Shown in pieces: positions 31,599 through 41,302 of a DNA stretch of 64,000 nucleotides. The notes under the pieces are model-generated. The model saw nothing but the letters and a program-made list of their open reading frames with translations, ran no database searches and had not been told where the DNA came from. Source of the stretch: Candidatus Eiseniibacteriota bacterium. Its GTDB lineage: Bacteria; Orphanbacterota; Orphanbacteria; Orphanbacterales; Orphanbacteraceae. Location of the stretch: the NCBI GenBank assembly GCA_029262235.1, contig JAJCZU010000004.1, forward strand, positions 991,231 to 1,055,230, given 5' to 3'. Numbering within the stretch: the stretch's first letter is position 1; every line of letters starts with the position of its first letter. The translations under genes and the position numbers were made by a program.

Positions 31599-32492
31599 TT
31601 ACCAGATCGGGGGCGACACGCCGAACCATTCCGCCGCGTAGAGCTCGAGATCGGGCTTCTGTTCCTGACCGGACGGCGTGAGCGCGAACACGAACAGAAG
31701 CCACGTCTTGCCGGCCCCGTTGCGCGCACCCCGCACCGCGATCCATCGATACCCGAGCATCTCTTCTTCGAAACGCCCCGAAACGGCGTGGAGGCCGTGA
31801 TTGGCCTCTGTGACTGCGCTCCAGGCGTCCCGGGTGGCCGGCGTCATGCTTTCGCCCGTGAACGTGCGATGGAGCGCGAGCGCCATCTGGGCCGGGGAAG
31901 CGGTTATTAGCCGGTTTCCCCAGATGTCCCACGCCCCTTCGCCCGCCAGCTTCTCCGGGAGGAAACCGGGGTCTTCCCCCGCTTCCCCGAAACCGCTCAC
32001 GGCCCCGAGTCCGAGCGCCCGGAGCTTCGGTTCGAAGTCTGCCCAGGGAATTTTGCGCTGTATTTCGCGAAACACGCTCCGGCAGGGGGTCTGAAAGGCC
32101 TTGCGGAACGTCATGGCAGCGGCGACTTCGCTCGCGCTGTCACCGGCGACTTCGCCCGTGCTGCCGGCGGCTGTCCCCGGGCCTGTCCCCCCGCCTGCAT
32201 CACGGCAGACGAAAGACCCGGCAGGGTTCAGTTCCCCCCGTTCGAGTCCGACAATTGTGGTAGGAACGCGCAGGAAATCACCGGCGAGAAACGCATGACC
32301 GGTCGCAAGCGCGCCGTTTCGTTCAGAAACGAGCGCGCCGTTTTCGTCGAGCAGCAGAACGGCGATCGACGGGTGATCGAAGCCGGGGTGGTCGAGCTCC
32401 GGCGCCTTCGCGCAGCCCGCCGTGATCAGCAGAGCGAGGCCGAGCAGGAAGCGCACCTGGATTCCTGTCGAAGTATGTTGCCATCGGATCAT
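31599..32492 (-). CDS. Lipoprotein with a degenerate penicillin-binding/transpeptidase-like fold (catalytic motifs absent)
   Basis: Lipobox LITAGC. Segments resemble a PBP2-type transpeptidase (AGDFLRVPTTIVGLERG; ITASPAQMALA), but SxxK, SxN and KTG are not conserved. Confidence 0.6.
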   Translation of the reverse strand: MIRWQHTSTGIQVRFLLGLALLITAGCAKAPELDHPGFDHPSIAVLLLDENGALVSERNGALATGHAFLAGDFLRVPTTIVGLERGELNPAGSFVCRDAGGGTGPGTAAGSTGEVAGDSASEVAAAMTFRKAFQTPCRSVFREIQRKIPWADFEPKLRALGLGAVSGFGEAGEDPGFLPEKLAGEGAWDIWGNRLITASPAQMALALHRTFTGESMTPATRDAWSAVTEANHGLHAVSGRFEEEMLGYRWIAVRGARNGAGKTWLLFVFALTPSGQEQKPDLELYAAEWFGVSPPIW

Positions 32493-32498
32493 GGATGA

Positions 32499-32505
32499 TA
32501 TAATA
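32499..32505. promoter_or_regulatory. Overlapping divergent -10 boxes
   Basis: TATAAT on + (32499-32504) ahead of the carbamoyltransferase, and TATTAT on - 7 nt before ATG 32492, in an AT-rich patch. Confidence 0.45.
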
Positions 32506-32542
32506 CCAGACTTAACTTGGTAACCAATTGGGGATTCAGTCG

Positions 32543-34369
32543 ATGGCCCACGTTCACATACTGGGAATTTCCGCATACTATCATGACAGCGCCGCCTGCC
32601 TCGTGCGGGACGGGGTGCTGTTTGCGGCCGCCCAGGAAGAGCGATTCACACGCAAGAAGCACGATTACGCGTTCCCGACGAAGAGTATTCGCTACTGCCT
32701 GCGCGAAGCGGGAATCACGATCGACCAGGTCGACGCCGTCGTCTTCTACGACCGCCCCTTCACGAAGTTCGAGCGCATCGTCGAAACGTACCTGATGACG
32801 GCCCCGGCCGGTTTCGGGTCGTTCCTGAAAGCGATCCCGCTCTGGCTCAAAGACAAGCTCTTCATGCGCGAGCACATCAAGAAAGAGCTCGGCTACGAGG
32901 GCAAGATCTACTTCACCGAGCATCACGAGTCGCACGCGGCGTCGGCGTTCTATCCGTCGCCGTACGACGAGGCCGCGTTTCTCACGATCGACGGCGTGGG
33001 CGAATGGACGACCACGAGCTTCGGTGTGGGGAAGGGCAAGGATCTCGATATCCTGAAGGAGATCCACTTTCCGCATTCGCTCGGTCTGCTCTATTCGGCG
33101 TTCACGTATTTCACGGGCTTTCGCGTCAATTCCGGCGAGTACAAGGTCATGGGCCTTGCGCCGTACGGCGAGCCGAAGTACGTCGACACGATTCTCGAGC
33201 ACATCATCGATCTCAAGGACGACGGCTCGTTCAAGCTGAACATGGATTACTTCGGCTACATGGCCGGCCTTCGCATGACGAACAAGAAGTTCGCGGATCT
33301 CTTCGGCGGTCCGGAGCGCGAGCCCGAAAGTGAACTGACGCAGCGCGAAATGGATCTCGCGCGCTCGGTGCAGGAAGTGATCGAAATCGCCGTGCTGAAG
33401 CTCGCGAAGCACGTGCGTGAAGTGACGGATCAGAAGTACCTCGTGATGGCGGGCGGCGTCGCGCTGAACTGCGTGGCGAACGGCAAGCTGCTGCGCGAAG
33501 GGATCTTCGACGACATCTGGATCCAGCCGGCCGCCGGTGACGCCGGGGGCGCGCTCGGCGCGGCGATGTTCGTCTGGCACAAGGTGATGGGGAACGATCG
33601 TCCCGCTCCGACGGACGGCGACCTGCAGTTCGGCTCGTATCTCGGGCCGGAGTATAAAGATGAAGACATCAAGCGTTTCCTGGACAAACGCGGGCTCCCG
33701 TACACGGAGTACACCGAAGAGGCGATGTACGACGCGGTCGCGGGGATCATGGCCGACGAGAAGGTCGTCGGCTGGTTCCAGGGGCGCATGGAGTTCGGTC
33801 CGCGCGCGCTCGGCGGCCGCTCGATCATCGGCGATGCGCGCTCTTCGGAGATGCAGTCGACGATGAATCTCAAAATCAAGTATCGCGAATCGTTCCGTCC
33901 GTTCGCGCCGACCGTGCGCGAGGAAGTCATCAGCGACTACTTCCAGATCGACCGGCCGAGTCCGTACATGCTGATCGTGGCCGACGTGAACAAAGACCGC
34001 CAGAAACCGATGACCGCCGACCAGAGCAAGCTCTTCGGCATCGAAAAACTGAACGTGCCGCGCTCGGACATTCCGGCCATCACTCACGTCGACTATTCCG
34101 CGCGTATTCAGTCGGTCGGGAAGAAAGTGAACCCGCGCTACTGGAACGTGATCAAGAAATTCGAAGAGAAGACCGGGTGCGCGGTCGTTATCAATACGTC
34201 GTTCAACGTGCGTGGCGAACCGATCGTATGCACGCCCGAGAACGCGTATCTCTGCTTCATGCGTACGGAAATGGACTATCTCGTGCTCGGCCGCTTCGTT
34301 CTCGACAAGCGCGAGCAGAAACCACTGGAAGGGGATTCCGACTGGCGTTCGGAATTCGAACTGGACTAA
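32543..34369 (+). CDS. NodU/CmcH/SxtI-family O-carbamoyltransferase
   Basis: YHDSAA, EERFTRKKH, HHESHAASA, DGVGE, GEYKVMGLAPYG, GGVALNC, AGDAG, EFGPRALGGRS, KYRESFRPFAP and NTSFN. Confidence 0.95.
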   Translation: MAHVHILGISAYYHDSAACLVRDGVLFAAAQEERFTRKKHDYAFPTKSIRYCLREAGITIDQVDAVVFYDRPFTKFERIVETYLMTAPAGFGSFLKAIPLWLKDKLFMREHIKKELGYEGKIYFTEHHESHAASAFYPSPYDEAAFLTIDGVGEWTTTSFGVGKGKDLDILKEIHFPHSLGLLYSAFTYFTGFRVNSGEYKVMGLAPYGEPKYVDTILEHIIDLKDDGSFKLNMDYFGYMAGLRMTNKKFADLFGGPEREPESELTQREMDLARSVQEVIEIAVLKLAKHVREVTDQKYLVMAGGVALNCVANGKLLREGIFDDIWIQPAAGDAGGALGAAMFVWHKVMGNDRPAPTDGDLQFGSYLGPEYKDEDIKRFLDKRGLPYTEYTEEAMYDAVAGIMADEKVVGWFQGRMEFGPRALGGRSIIGDARSSEMQSTMNLKIKYRESFRPFAPTVREEVISDYFQIDRPSPYMLIVADVNKDRQKPMTADQSKLFGIEKLNVPRSDIPAITHVDYSARIQSVGKKVNPRYWNVIKKFEEKTGCAVVINTSFNVRGEPIVCTPENAYLCFMRTEMDYLVLGRFVLDKREQKPLEGDSDWRSEFELD

Positions 34370-34372
34370 ACG

Positions 34373-34774
34373 ATGCTGCCCAGACCACCGAAAAAAATGC
34401 TGCGCAAGTTCGCGTTCGTCTCCGTGATCGTGTTCGCCGCGGTGCTGCCGGGAGTCCGCTGGCTGATCCATCACGACGGCGGTTTCAGTGTGCCTCCCGT
34501 GCTCATGGGTATGGCGGGCTACGGTCTCGTATCGGCGCTCGTTTGGCCGCCGCTCATTCTGCCGCTCTTCTGGCTGCTGCACGGAATCGGTTGGGTCAAC
34601 ACGCGCATTCTGCTCGGGATCATCTTCTATTTGCTCTTTACGCCGCTCGGACTTCTGATGCGCCTGTTCGGGAAGGACATGCTGAACCGCAAGCTCGACC
34701 CGAACGCAAGCACCTACTGGATCGACAAGCCGCAGGTGCCGATGCGCCCGGAAGATTACGAACGCCAATTCTAG
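34373..34774 (+). CDS. SxtJ-family small membrane protein
   Basis: TM protein with GWVNTRILLGIIFYLLFTPLG...STYW...YERQF, directly after the carbamoyltransferase. Confidence 0.8.
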   Translation: MLPRPPKKMLRKFAFVSVIVFAAVLPGVRWLIHHDGGFSVPPVLMGMAGYGLVSALVWPPLILPLFWLLHGIGWVNTRILLGIIFYLLFTPLGLLMRLFGKDMLNRKLDPNASTYWIDKPQVPMRPEDYERQF

Positions 34775-34860
34775 TCGCCACTCGATCGTGAATCGCGCTA
34801 CACTTCTCGAGAATGCGTGCAATCGCTGCGCGCGCCCTTATCCCAAAACGGACACGATTC

Positions 34861-36207
34861 ATGACGCCAGAATCCATCGGCAGCGACGAGCGCACGAAGA
34901 TATTCGGGCCGCTCCGCGAAGCGAATCTCGCCTTTCAGAAACGGTACCCCGAAGATCCGGTCGGCCGTCAGCCTGTGCATACGGTCTACGGCGGCGCCGA
35001 TCTCTATAACCGCACCACGATTCAGAAGCTCGGTGAAATCGCGCGGACGCACTTTCTGCAGTATGCGCCGAACGCGAGAACGTTGACGGGGGCGCTCGAT
35101 CTGACATGCGGGCCGAAGATCGCGGAGCAGGTTTACAGGCGCGTGAAACAGAAGCTCGCGACGGAAGCGGTGGAAGATTTCCGGATCGACTTCGAAGACG
35201 GCTTCGGAAACCGGGGCGACGAGGAAGAAGACGAAACCGCGCGCTTCGCCGCCGCCGAACTGGCAGCGTCGCTCAAAGACGGCACGTCTTCGCCGTTCAT
35301 CGGCATTCGGATCAAGCCTTTCACGGAAGACCTTCGCGAGCGCTCCGTTCGTACGCTGGATCTCTTTCTGACGACGCTGCTGCGCGAAACCGGCGGAGCG
35401 GTGCCCGAAAACTTCGTCGTCATGCTTCCCAAGGTCACGATTCCCGAGCAGATCACGGCGCTCGTGCGTTTTCTCGAGGTGATCGAACGCGCCCACAAGC
35501 TGAGCGCCGGCTCGCTTCGCATGGAGATGATGATCGAGCAGACGCAAGCGATTTTCGACGCGTCGGGGCGCAATCCCCTCATGCGCTTTCTCGACGCGGC
35601 GGAGGGGCGGATGAAGGCCGTGGCGTTCGGGACGTACGACTACACGGCGCACGTCAATATCACGGCGAAGTATCAGACGATGTCGCATCCCGCGTGCGAC
35701 TTCGCGCATCATGTCACGCGGACGGCGCTCGGCCATACGGGCGTATGGCTTTCCGACGGCGCGACGAACGTGATGCCGGTCGGTCCGCATCGCGATCCCG
35801 ATCTGTCGGACATCGAGAAGCGCGAGAATCGCGAGGCCGTGCACCGCGGATGGAAAGAGAGCTATGACCACATTCGCCATTCGCTCTATATCGGACTGTT
35901 TCAGGGGTGGGATCTGAACCCCGCGCAACTGCCGGCGCGTTACGCCGCGGTCTACTGCTTCTTTCTCGAAAGCTACGCGGATGCGGCGGAGCGTCTGCGC
36001 CAGTTCGTGGACCGCTCGGCGCGCGCCACGCTCACGGGCGACGTGTTTGACGACGCGGCAACGGGGCAGGGGCTGCTGAATTATTTTCTTGCGGCGCTCA
36101 ACTGCGGGGCGATTACGGAAGAGGATACGAAAGCGACCGGGCTCACGCTCGAAGAGATCCGCCTGCGTTCGTTCTACCGGATTCTCGAGAAGCGCCGCAA
36201 AGCCTAG
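34861..36207 (+). CDS. CitE/HpcH-like TIM-barrel lyase (DUF6986-like) of unknown function
   Basis: RQPVHTVYGGA, RIDFEDGFG, VMLPKV, MMIE, FGTYDY, LSDGATN and QGWDL. The DxED, PK, IE and GxxD pattern matches the CitE/malyl-CoA lyase superfamily. Confidence 0.75.
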   Translation: MTPESIGSDERTKIFGPLREANLAFQKRYPEDPVGRQPVHTVYGGADLYNRTTIQKLGEIARTHFLQYAPNARTLTGALDLTCGPKIAEQVYRRVKQKLATEAVEDFRIDFEDGFGNRGDEEEDETARFAAAELAASLKDGTSSPFIGIRIKPFTEDLRERSVRTLDLFLTTLLRETGGAVPENFVVMLPKVTIPEQITALVRFLEVIERAHKLSAGSLRMEMMIEQTQAIFDASGRNPLMRFLDAAEGRMKAVAFGTYDYTAHVNITAKYQTMSHPACDFAHHVTRTALGHTGVWLSDGATNVMPVGPHRDPDLSDIEKRENREAVHRGWKESYDHIRHSLYIGLFQGWDLNPAQLPARYAAVYCFFLESYADAAERLRQFVDRSARATLTGDVFDDAATGQGLLNYFLAALNCGAITEEDTKATGLTLEEIRLRSFYRILEKRRKA

Positions 36208-36944
36208 AGCGCCGGATTCCGATTCACGTCTTTATAGTAGATGTAGGAAGACGGTTCCTTCCCCATGCTCACGTACCACTGCGGGCACCACGGGGCCAGC
36301 CAGATCACGTCGCCCTCTTTGACCGGGTAGTACCGGTCGTCGAGTCGATAGACACCCTGCCCTTTGATGATCATCATGCCGTGTTCCATGATATGCGTTT
36401 CGACGAACGGCAGCGTGCCTCCGGGCTGATAAACGAAAATGTTCACGGCCATGTCGAAGTTCAGGTCCTTCGGAAGAAGCGTCTGCAGCTGCGCGTCGGG
36501 GTCGCCGAGAAACGCCTCGCTCGCGATCTTCTTCTCGTTGCCGAAGATCGGGCCCGGAACATCGTAACCTTCCAGCTGCTCGTAGCGCTTTTCGAAAAAC
36601 AGGAGGCGTGTCGAACTCGCCGTGCCCTCGATCTCGTACTTCGTGCCGGGCGGGAGATAGGCGAATCCGCCCGTATCGCTCGCCGTCCCGTTGATCGTGG
36701 CGGCGCCTTCGAGCACGTACACGAACAGGCTGCAGTCTCCCGTGCCGCCCGCCCCGCCCTGGCCCTTTTTACACGTCGCGTACCATTGCTTGAGGTTCGC
36801 GCCCAGCGCCGGGGAGATCACGATGTTGATCTCCTCGCATTCCCAGCCGGGAAGTTCGCTCGGAACGAATCCGTCGGGGGTGAGAAGAGCGTGGCGCGGG
36901 CGCACGTCGGTACGCGTATGTCCGAATGGGTTCTCTAAGTTCAT
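36204..36944 (-). CDS. allE: (S)-ureidoglycine aminohydrolase (bicupin)
   Basis: FDMAVNI, LPFVETHIMEHG, WLAPWCPQW and YIYYKDVNR; lies in the purine cluster. Confidence 0.93.
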   Translation of the reverse strand: MNLENPFGHTRTDVRPRHALLTPDGFVPSELPGWECEEINIVISPALGANLKQWYATCKKGQGGAGGTGDCSLFVYVLEGAATINGTASDTGGFAYLPPGTKYEIEGTASSTRLLFFEKRYEQLEGYDVPGPIFGNEKKIASEAFLGDPDAQLQTLLPKDLNFDMAVNIFVYQPGGTLPFVETHIMEHGMMIIKGQGVYRLDDRYYPVKEGDVIWLAPWCPQWYVSMGKEPSSYIYYKDVNRNPAL

Positions 36945-36955
36945 GGGTCGTCCTT

Positions 36956-38257
36956 CTATCGTTCCGGTCTCTGAAACCGCCCGCGAGGCGGCCCCGTAAT
37001 TCGTCCCTCATCATAAACCAGTTCCCCCCGCAGATACGTCTGCTTTATGCGGCAACCGGTTGCGTGCCCGATGTACGGCGTGATCTTGTGCCGGTACGCG
37101 AGGGTCGACTCCTCGACCGTGCCCGGTTCCGGCACCACGAGCGTGAAGTCCGCGTCGCAGCCCGCTTCGAGGCGACCTTTCGATGGCAGCGCGAAGAGGC
37201 GCGCGGGATTCCCGCACATGAGGCGGGCGAGCGCGTCGCCCCCCGCCGGATTCTCCCAGAGCAGGGGAAGCCCGTGCTGCAGCGAGCTGATGCCGCCCCA
37301 TGCCGCACCGAACGGTTTTGCGTTCTTGCGCCAGGGGGGCGCGGGGGAGTGATCGGAGCCGATCGTGTCGATCTCGCCACGCACCAGCGCTTCGCGCATG
37401 GCGTCGACCGCGGCGCGCGGCCGGAGCGGGGGGGCGCATTTGGCGGCGGGGCCGATGGCGCGCAGATCGTTTTCGTCCAGAATGAGATAGTGGGGGCAGG
37501 TTTCGGCCGTGACGTCCGCGCCTTCCTGACGCGCGCGCACGATCAGAGCGAGCGCGTCGGGATGCGTCACATGGACGATCGTAACGGGGCAGCTGTATCT
37601 GCCTGCGAGATCGATCACCCGTTCGATGGCCGCGCACTCGGCACGCGGAGGCCGGGACGCGAGGAAATCGTCGATCGTTTCGCCGCCCGTCCCGAGCGAC
37701 CCGGGATCTTCCGCGTGCACGGCGAGCCGGAGGCCGGTTTCGGCGATGCGTTTCATGCCGGTTGCGAGCGTGTCCGGATCGCATGCGGGGAACTCGTCGA
37801 TACCGGAATCACACAGGAACGCTTTGAAACCGATGCAGCCCGCATCGGCAAGGCGTTCGATCTCGTGTTCGTTCCCGGGCACGAGTCCCGCCCAGATCGC
37901 GAAATCGACGAACGACTTCATTTCGCCCCGCTCGCGTTTCGCCCGAAACGCAGCGAAATCGATCACGGGCGGGGACGAGTTGAGCGGCATGTCGAAAACG
38001 GTCGTGACGCCGCCCGCCGCGGCCGCGCTCGATCCGGTCGTGAACCCTTCCCACTCCGCTCTGCCCGGTTCGTTCCAGTGCACGTGTTCGTCGACGAGGC
38101 CCGGGAAGAGGATCGCGCCCGCCGCGTCGACCGTGTCGTGCGCCTCGCCCGCGATCGAGTCGCCGATCGCGGCAATGGCGCCGTCCAGAATGCCGATGTC
38201 GACGCGTGGTCCGTCCGCGCGCAGAAGCCGCGCGTTTCTGACCGCTTGATCAAACAT
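36956..38257 (-). CDS. allB: Allantoinase (metal-dependent amidohydrolase)
   Basis: DEHVHWNEPGRAEWEG, DMPLNSSP, GFKAFL, HAED, ETCPHYL, KCAPPLR, SDHSP and AWGGIS. Start re-set to ATG 38257. Confidence 0.93.
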   Translation of the reverse strand: MFDQAVRNARLLRADGPRVDIGILDGAIAAIGDSIAGEAHDTVDAAGAILFPGLVDEHVHWNEPGRAEWEGFTTGSSAAAAGGVTTVFDMPLNSSPPVIDFAAFRAKRERGEMKSFVDFAIWAGLVPGNEHEIERLADAGCIGFKAFLCDSGIDEFPACDPDTLATGMKRIAETGLRLAVHAEDPGSLGTGGETIDDFLASRPPRAECAAIERVIDLAGRYSCPVTIVHVTHPDALALIVRARQEGADVTAETCPHYLILDENDLRAIGPAAKCAPPLRPRAAVDAMREALVRGEIDTIGSDHSPAPPWRKNAKPFGAAWGGISSLQHGLPLLWENPAGGDALARLMCGNPARLFALPSKGRLEAGCDADFTLVVPEPGTVEESTLAYRHKITPYIGHATGCRIKQTYLRGELVYDEGRITGPPRGRFQRPER

Positions 38258-39464
38258 GGCGCGCCGCGAGCGCCTGCACGAACTGCAGCAGCGCGTGTTC
38301 GGCCGCTTCGATGTCACCGGCTGTTACGGATTCTTCGGGATGATGGCTGAGCCCGTCTTTGCAACGGACGAACAGGAGCGCGATCGGGCATGTTTCGCGA
38401 AAGGAAACGGCGTCATGCCCCGCGCCGCTTACGAGGACGGGGGCGTCTCCCTGCGTTTCCGTGAGCGCGCTCTCGAGCAGCGACGTGAGGCCCGCATCGC
38501 ACTGGACGGTGCCCGTTTCCTGGCGCACGGTCCATGTGAGCGCCAGGCCGCGTTCGCGGCACACGCTCTCGGTTAAAGCCCGGATCGAGCGGATCGCTTC
38601 GTCGCGCGCATCGTCTACTGAGTGACGGATGTCGAGCGAGAACGTAACGCGCCCGGGAATGACGTTGGCCGCGTTCGGTTCGACGTGCAATGCGCCTACC
38701 GTGGCGCGCAGGTCTTCGCCGGCCCGCGCGCATCGCTCCGTTTCCGTCACGACGAGCGCGGCGGCCACGAGCGCATCCTGTCGCGCGTTCATCGGCGTGT
38801 TTCCCGCATGGCCGGCCTTGCCCTCGATCACGACATGAATCCGGCTTTGCCCGCAGATCGAGTGCACGACCCCGCAAGCGCGATCCGCCCGTTCGAGTAC
38901 GGGCCCCTGTTCGATGTGCATTTCGACGTAGCCGAGAAGGTCGCGCGGCGGAGCCTGCTCCCGCACGATCGCGTCCGGGTCGGCGCCCCATGCGCGCAGC
39001 GCGTCCGCGATCGAGACGCCCGCGTCGTCTTCGAGCGCGAGCCAGGCAGGGTCGAATCGGCCGTTGAAAAACGCGCTCCCGAGATAAGCTGTCTGGAAAC
39101 GCACGCCCTCTTCGTCGCAGAAGGCCGCGACCTCGATCTGAAACGGCAGGGAGAGTTTACTCTCCCGCACGGCCTCGACACACGCGATCCCGGCCAGCAC
39201 GCCGAGCGCTCCGTCGAACCGCCCCGCGTTCCTGACCGTGTCGAGGTGCGAGCCGATGCAGAGAGCCCGGGCACCGGTGCCGTAGCGCCCGATCAGGTTG
39301 CCCGCCGCGTCGGTCCGCGTGATCATGCCGGCGTCGTCCATCCAGCCGCGCACGAGTTCGTTCGCTTCCCGCATGCCGGGCGAGAGACAGAGGCGCGTAA
39401 GCTCCCCCTCGCAATCCGTGATCTTCGCGAGCTCTTGGATTCGTTGGAGTGTGCGGCCGGGCAT
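38250..39464 (-). CDS. allC: Allantoate amidohydrolase (M20 family)
   Basis: GSHLDTV, FDGALG, DEEGVRF, EMHIEQGPVL, AGHAGNTPM, SGAGHDA and SHHPEE. Confidence 0.9.
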   Translation of the reverse strand: MPGRTLQRIQELAKITDCEGELTRLCLSPGMREANELVRGWMDDAGMITRTDAAGNLIGRYGTGARALCIGSHLDTVRNAGRFDGALGVLAGIACVEAVRESKLSLPFQIEVAAFCDEEGVRFQTAYLGSAFFNGRFDPAWLALEDDAGVSIADALRAWGADPDAIVREQAPPRDLLGYVEMHIEQGPVLERADRACGVVHSICGQSRIHVVIEGKAGHAGNTPMNARQDALVAAALVVTETERCARAGEDLRATVGALHVEPNAANVIPGRVTFSLDIRHSVDDARDEAIRSIRALTESVCRERGLALTWTVRQETGTVQCDAGLTSLLESALTETQGDAPVLVSGAGHDAVSFRETCPIALLFVRCKDGLSHHPEESVTAGDIEAAEHALLQFVQALAARHV

Positions 39465-39470
39465 GGTGAT

Positions 39471-39818
39471 TCAGCTCCCCCGATACGTCGAGTAGCTCCA
39501 GGGTGAGACGAGGAGCGGCACATGATAGCCGGCTTGGGTGTCGGCGATTCCGAATCGCACGGTGACCTCGGAGAGAAACGGAGGTTCGGGGAGCGCGACG
39601 CCGCGGTCACGGAAGTAGTCGCTCACGTGAAATCGCAGCTCGAATGTCCCCGTCCGCATCTCGTCCGGCGCAAAGACGAGTTCGTCCGTGCGGCCGTCCG
39701 CATTTGTTCGCAGCGTCTTCAGCGCACGGGGCGCCCCCGGTTCCCACAGCTCGATCACGAGGCCGCCGGCGGGAACGCCGTGCATCGTGTCCAGCACATG
39801 TGTACTCACTTTACCCAT
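39471..39818 (-). CDS. uraH: 5-hydroxyisourate hydrolase (transthyretin-like)
   Basis: STHVLD, TNADGR and YHVPLL...YSTYRGS. Confidence 0.96.
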   Translation of the reverse strand: MGKVSTHVLDTMHGVPAGGLVIELWEPGAPRALKTLRTNADGRTDELVFAPDEMRTGTFELRFHVSDYFRDRGVALPEPPFLSEVTVRFGIADTQAGYHVPLLVSPWSYSTYRGS

Positions 39819-40335
39819 CGCCCTGTTCCTCCCATTTTGCGAGAACGCGAAGTCGGGCGATCCGATGCACCTGACGCAACGCTTCGCGCTGTTCTATGTC
39901 GCGATCGTTCTCGAGCCGCCTGCGAAAAATCGTCAGAATCTCGTCGGCCGTGTGCTCCCGCGCGCAGAGGATGAACGGGAACGCGAATCGTGCCTTGTAG
40001 CGGTCGTTCAGCTCCTGGAAAGCGGCGCGTGCTTCGTCGGTCAGGGCGTCGAGCCCGGCCGCCTTCTGCTCCGCCGTCGACTCCGGCGTCAATCGTTCGG
40101 CCGCCGCCAGTTTCCCGGCGAGATCGGGATGCGCGGTCAGAAGCGCCAGGCGCTCGCTTTCACTCGCCCGCTCGGCAGCCTCTCGAAAGGCCGCCAGCAT
40201 TTCGTCCCGTGTCGCGAACGGGCGCGCGGCCGCCGCCCGCTCGGCGATCCAGGGCGAATGCTCGTACACCGGTCCCCACTCCCCGACGAAACGGTCGAGT
40301 GAGAGGCTGTTGATGTGGTCCATCGTGCGATCCAT
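39811..40335 (-). CDS. uraD: OHCU decarboxylase
   Basis: [36 protein letters not shown] and IARLR. Confidence 0.95.
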   Translation of the reverse strand: MDRTMDHINSLSLDRFVGEWGPVYEHSPWIAERAAAARPFATRDEMLAAFREAAERASESERLALLTAHPDLAGKLAAAERLTPESTAEQKAAGLDALTDEARAAFQELNDRYKARFAFPFILCAREHTADEILTIFRRRLENDRDIEQREALRQVHRIARLRVLAKWEEQGDG

Positions 40336-40465
40336 GTCGTCAGCTTATACGATCGAGGCGGCCCGGGCGAGAACTCCGCACAGCATTTCTCGCCCCGCGC
40401 GGTCGCCCGGGTTTGTTACTATCAAACCCGTTCACAAGCAGCATCCCGAGTCGAAAGAGGCCGCC

Positions 40466-41302
40466 GTGAAACTCATCCATAATGAATACGGGAAGGCGGA
40501 AGTCCGCTTTCTGAAAGTGCGCAGGGACGGGGCGCGCCACTCGATCTACGAGTGCTCCGTTTCCACTCGCCTGACGGGCGATTTCGGCGCCAACTATACC
40601 GAGGGCGACAACAGCTCCTGCGTCCCGACCGACACGGTCAAGAACACTACCTACATTCTGGCGCGAAAACAATTCGACGGCTGTATCGAGACCTTCGCAC
40701 GCACGGTTACGGACCATTATCTGGCGAAGTATCCCCAGGTCGAAAGCGTCAGGGTCACGATCGAGGAGAGTCCCTGGAAGCGTATGGACGTCGGCGGCAA
40801 ACCGCACGACCACAGCTTCCACCGCGCGGAAACGGGCATCGGTTTCGTGGAGCGCACGGCCGAGCGGACGGGCGCGACGATGACGGGCGGCTATCGCGAC
40901 GTCTTCGTGCTGAAATCGACGGGATCCGGCTTCGAGAATTATCACACTGATGAAAACACGACGATCCCGCCGACGGCAGACCGGATTCTGGCGACGAAGT
41001 TTCGCGCTTCGTGGCTCTACAGGAAAGAGGCCGACTACGCGGAGCTTCGCTGCAAGGCGCTCGGCGCGATCTATCACGCGTTCGCGGCGGAGTACAGTCC
41101 GTCGGTGCAGCGCACTCTCTACCGTGCCGGTGAAGAAGTTCTCACGGCGTGCGACGCGATCGAGACCATCACGATTCACATGCCGAACGTTCACTACAAT
41201 CTCGTAAACCTGGACGCATTCGGACTCGACAACCCGAATGACACGTTCTATCCCGCTCCCGAGCCGTACGGTGATATCGAAGCGACGGTCGGACGGGAGT
41301 GA
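40466..41302 (+). CDS. pucL: Cofactor-independent urate oxidase (uricase)
   Basis: YGK, VPTDTVKNT, VLKSTGSGF, DRILAT, SPSVQRTLY and MPNVHY. GTG start at 40466 after GAGG. Confidence 0.95.
   Translation: MKLIHNEYGKAEVRFLKVRRDGARHSIYECSVSTRLTGDFGANYTEGDNSSCVPTDTVKNTTYILARKQFDGCIETFARTVTDHYLAKYPQVESVRVTIEESPWKRMDVGGKPHDHSFHRAETGIGFVERTAERTGATMTGGYRDVFVLKSTGSGFENYHTDENTTIPPTADRILATKFRASWLYRKEADYAELRCKALGAIYHAFAAEYSPSVQRTLYRAGEEVLTACDAIETITIHMPNVHYNLVNLDAFGLDNPNDTFYPAPEPYGDIEATVGRE

Noticed and set aside
31599..32492. Functional beta-lactamase (resistance gene)
   Set aside because: The catalytic SxxK, SxN/SxV and KTG motifs are absent.
32543..34774. Saxitoxin or other secondary-metabolite gene cluster
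   Set aside because: Only sxtI/sxtJ-like genes are present, with no sxtA, amidinotransferase, PKS or NRPS.
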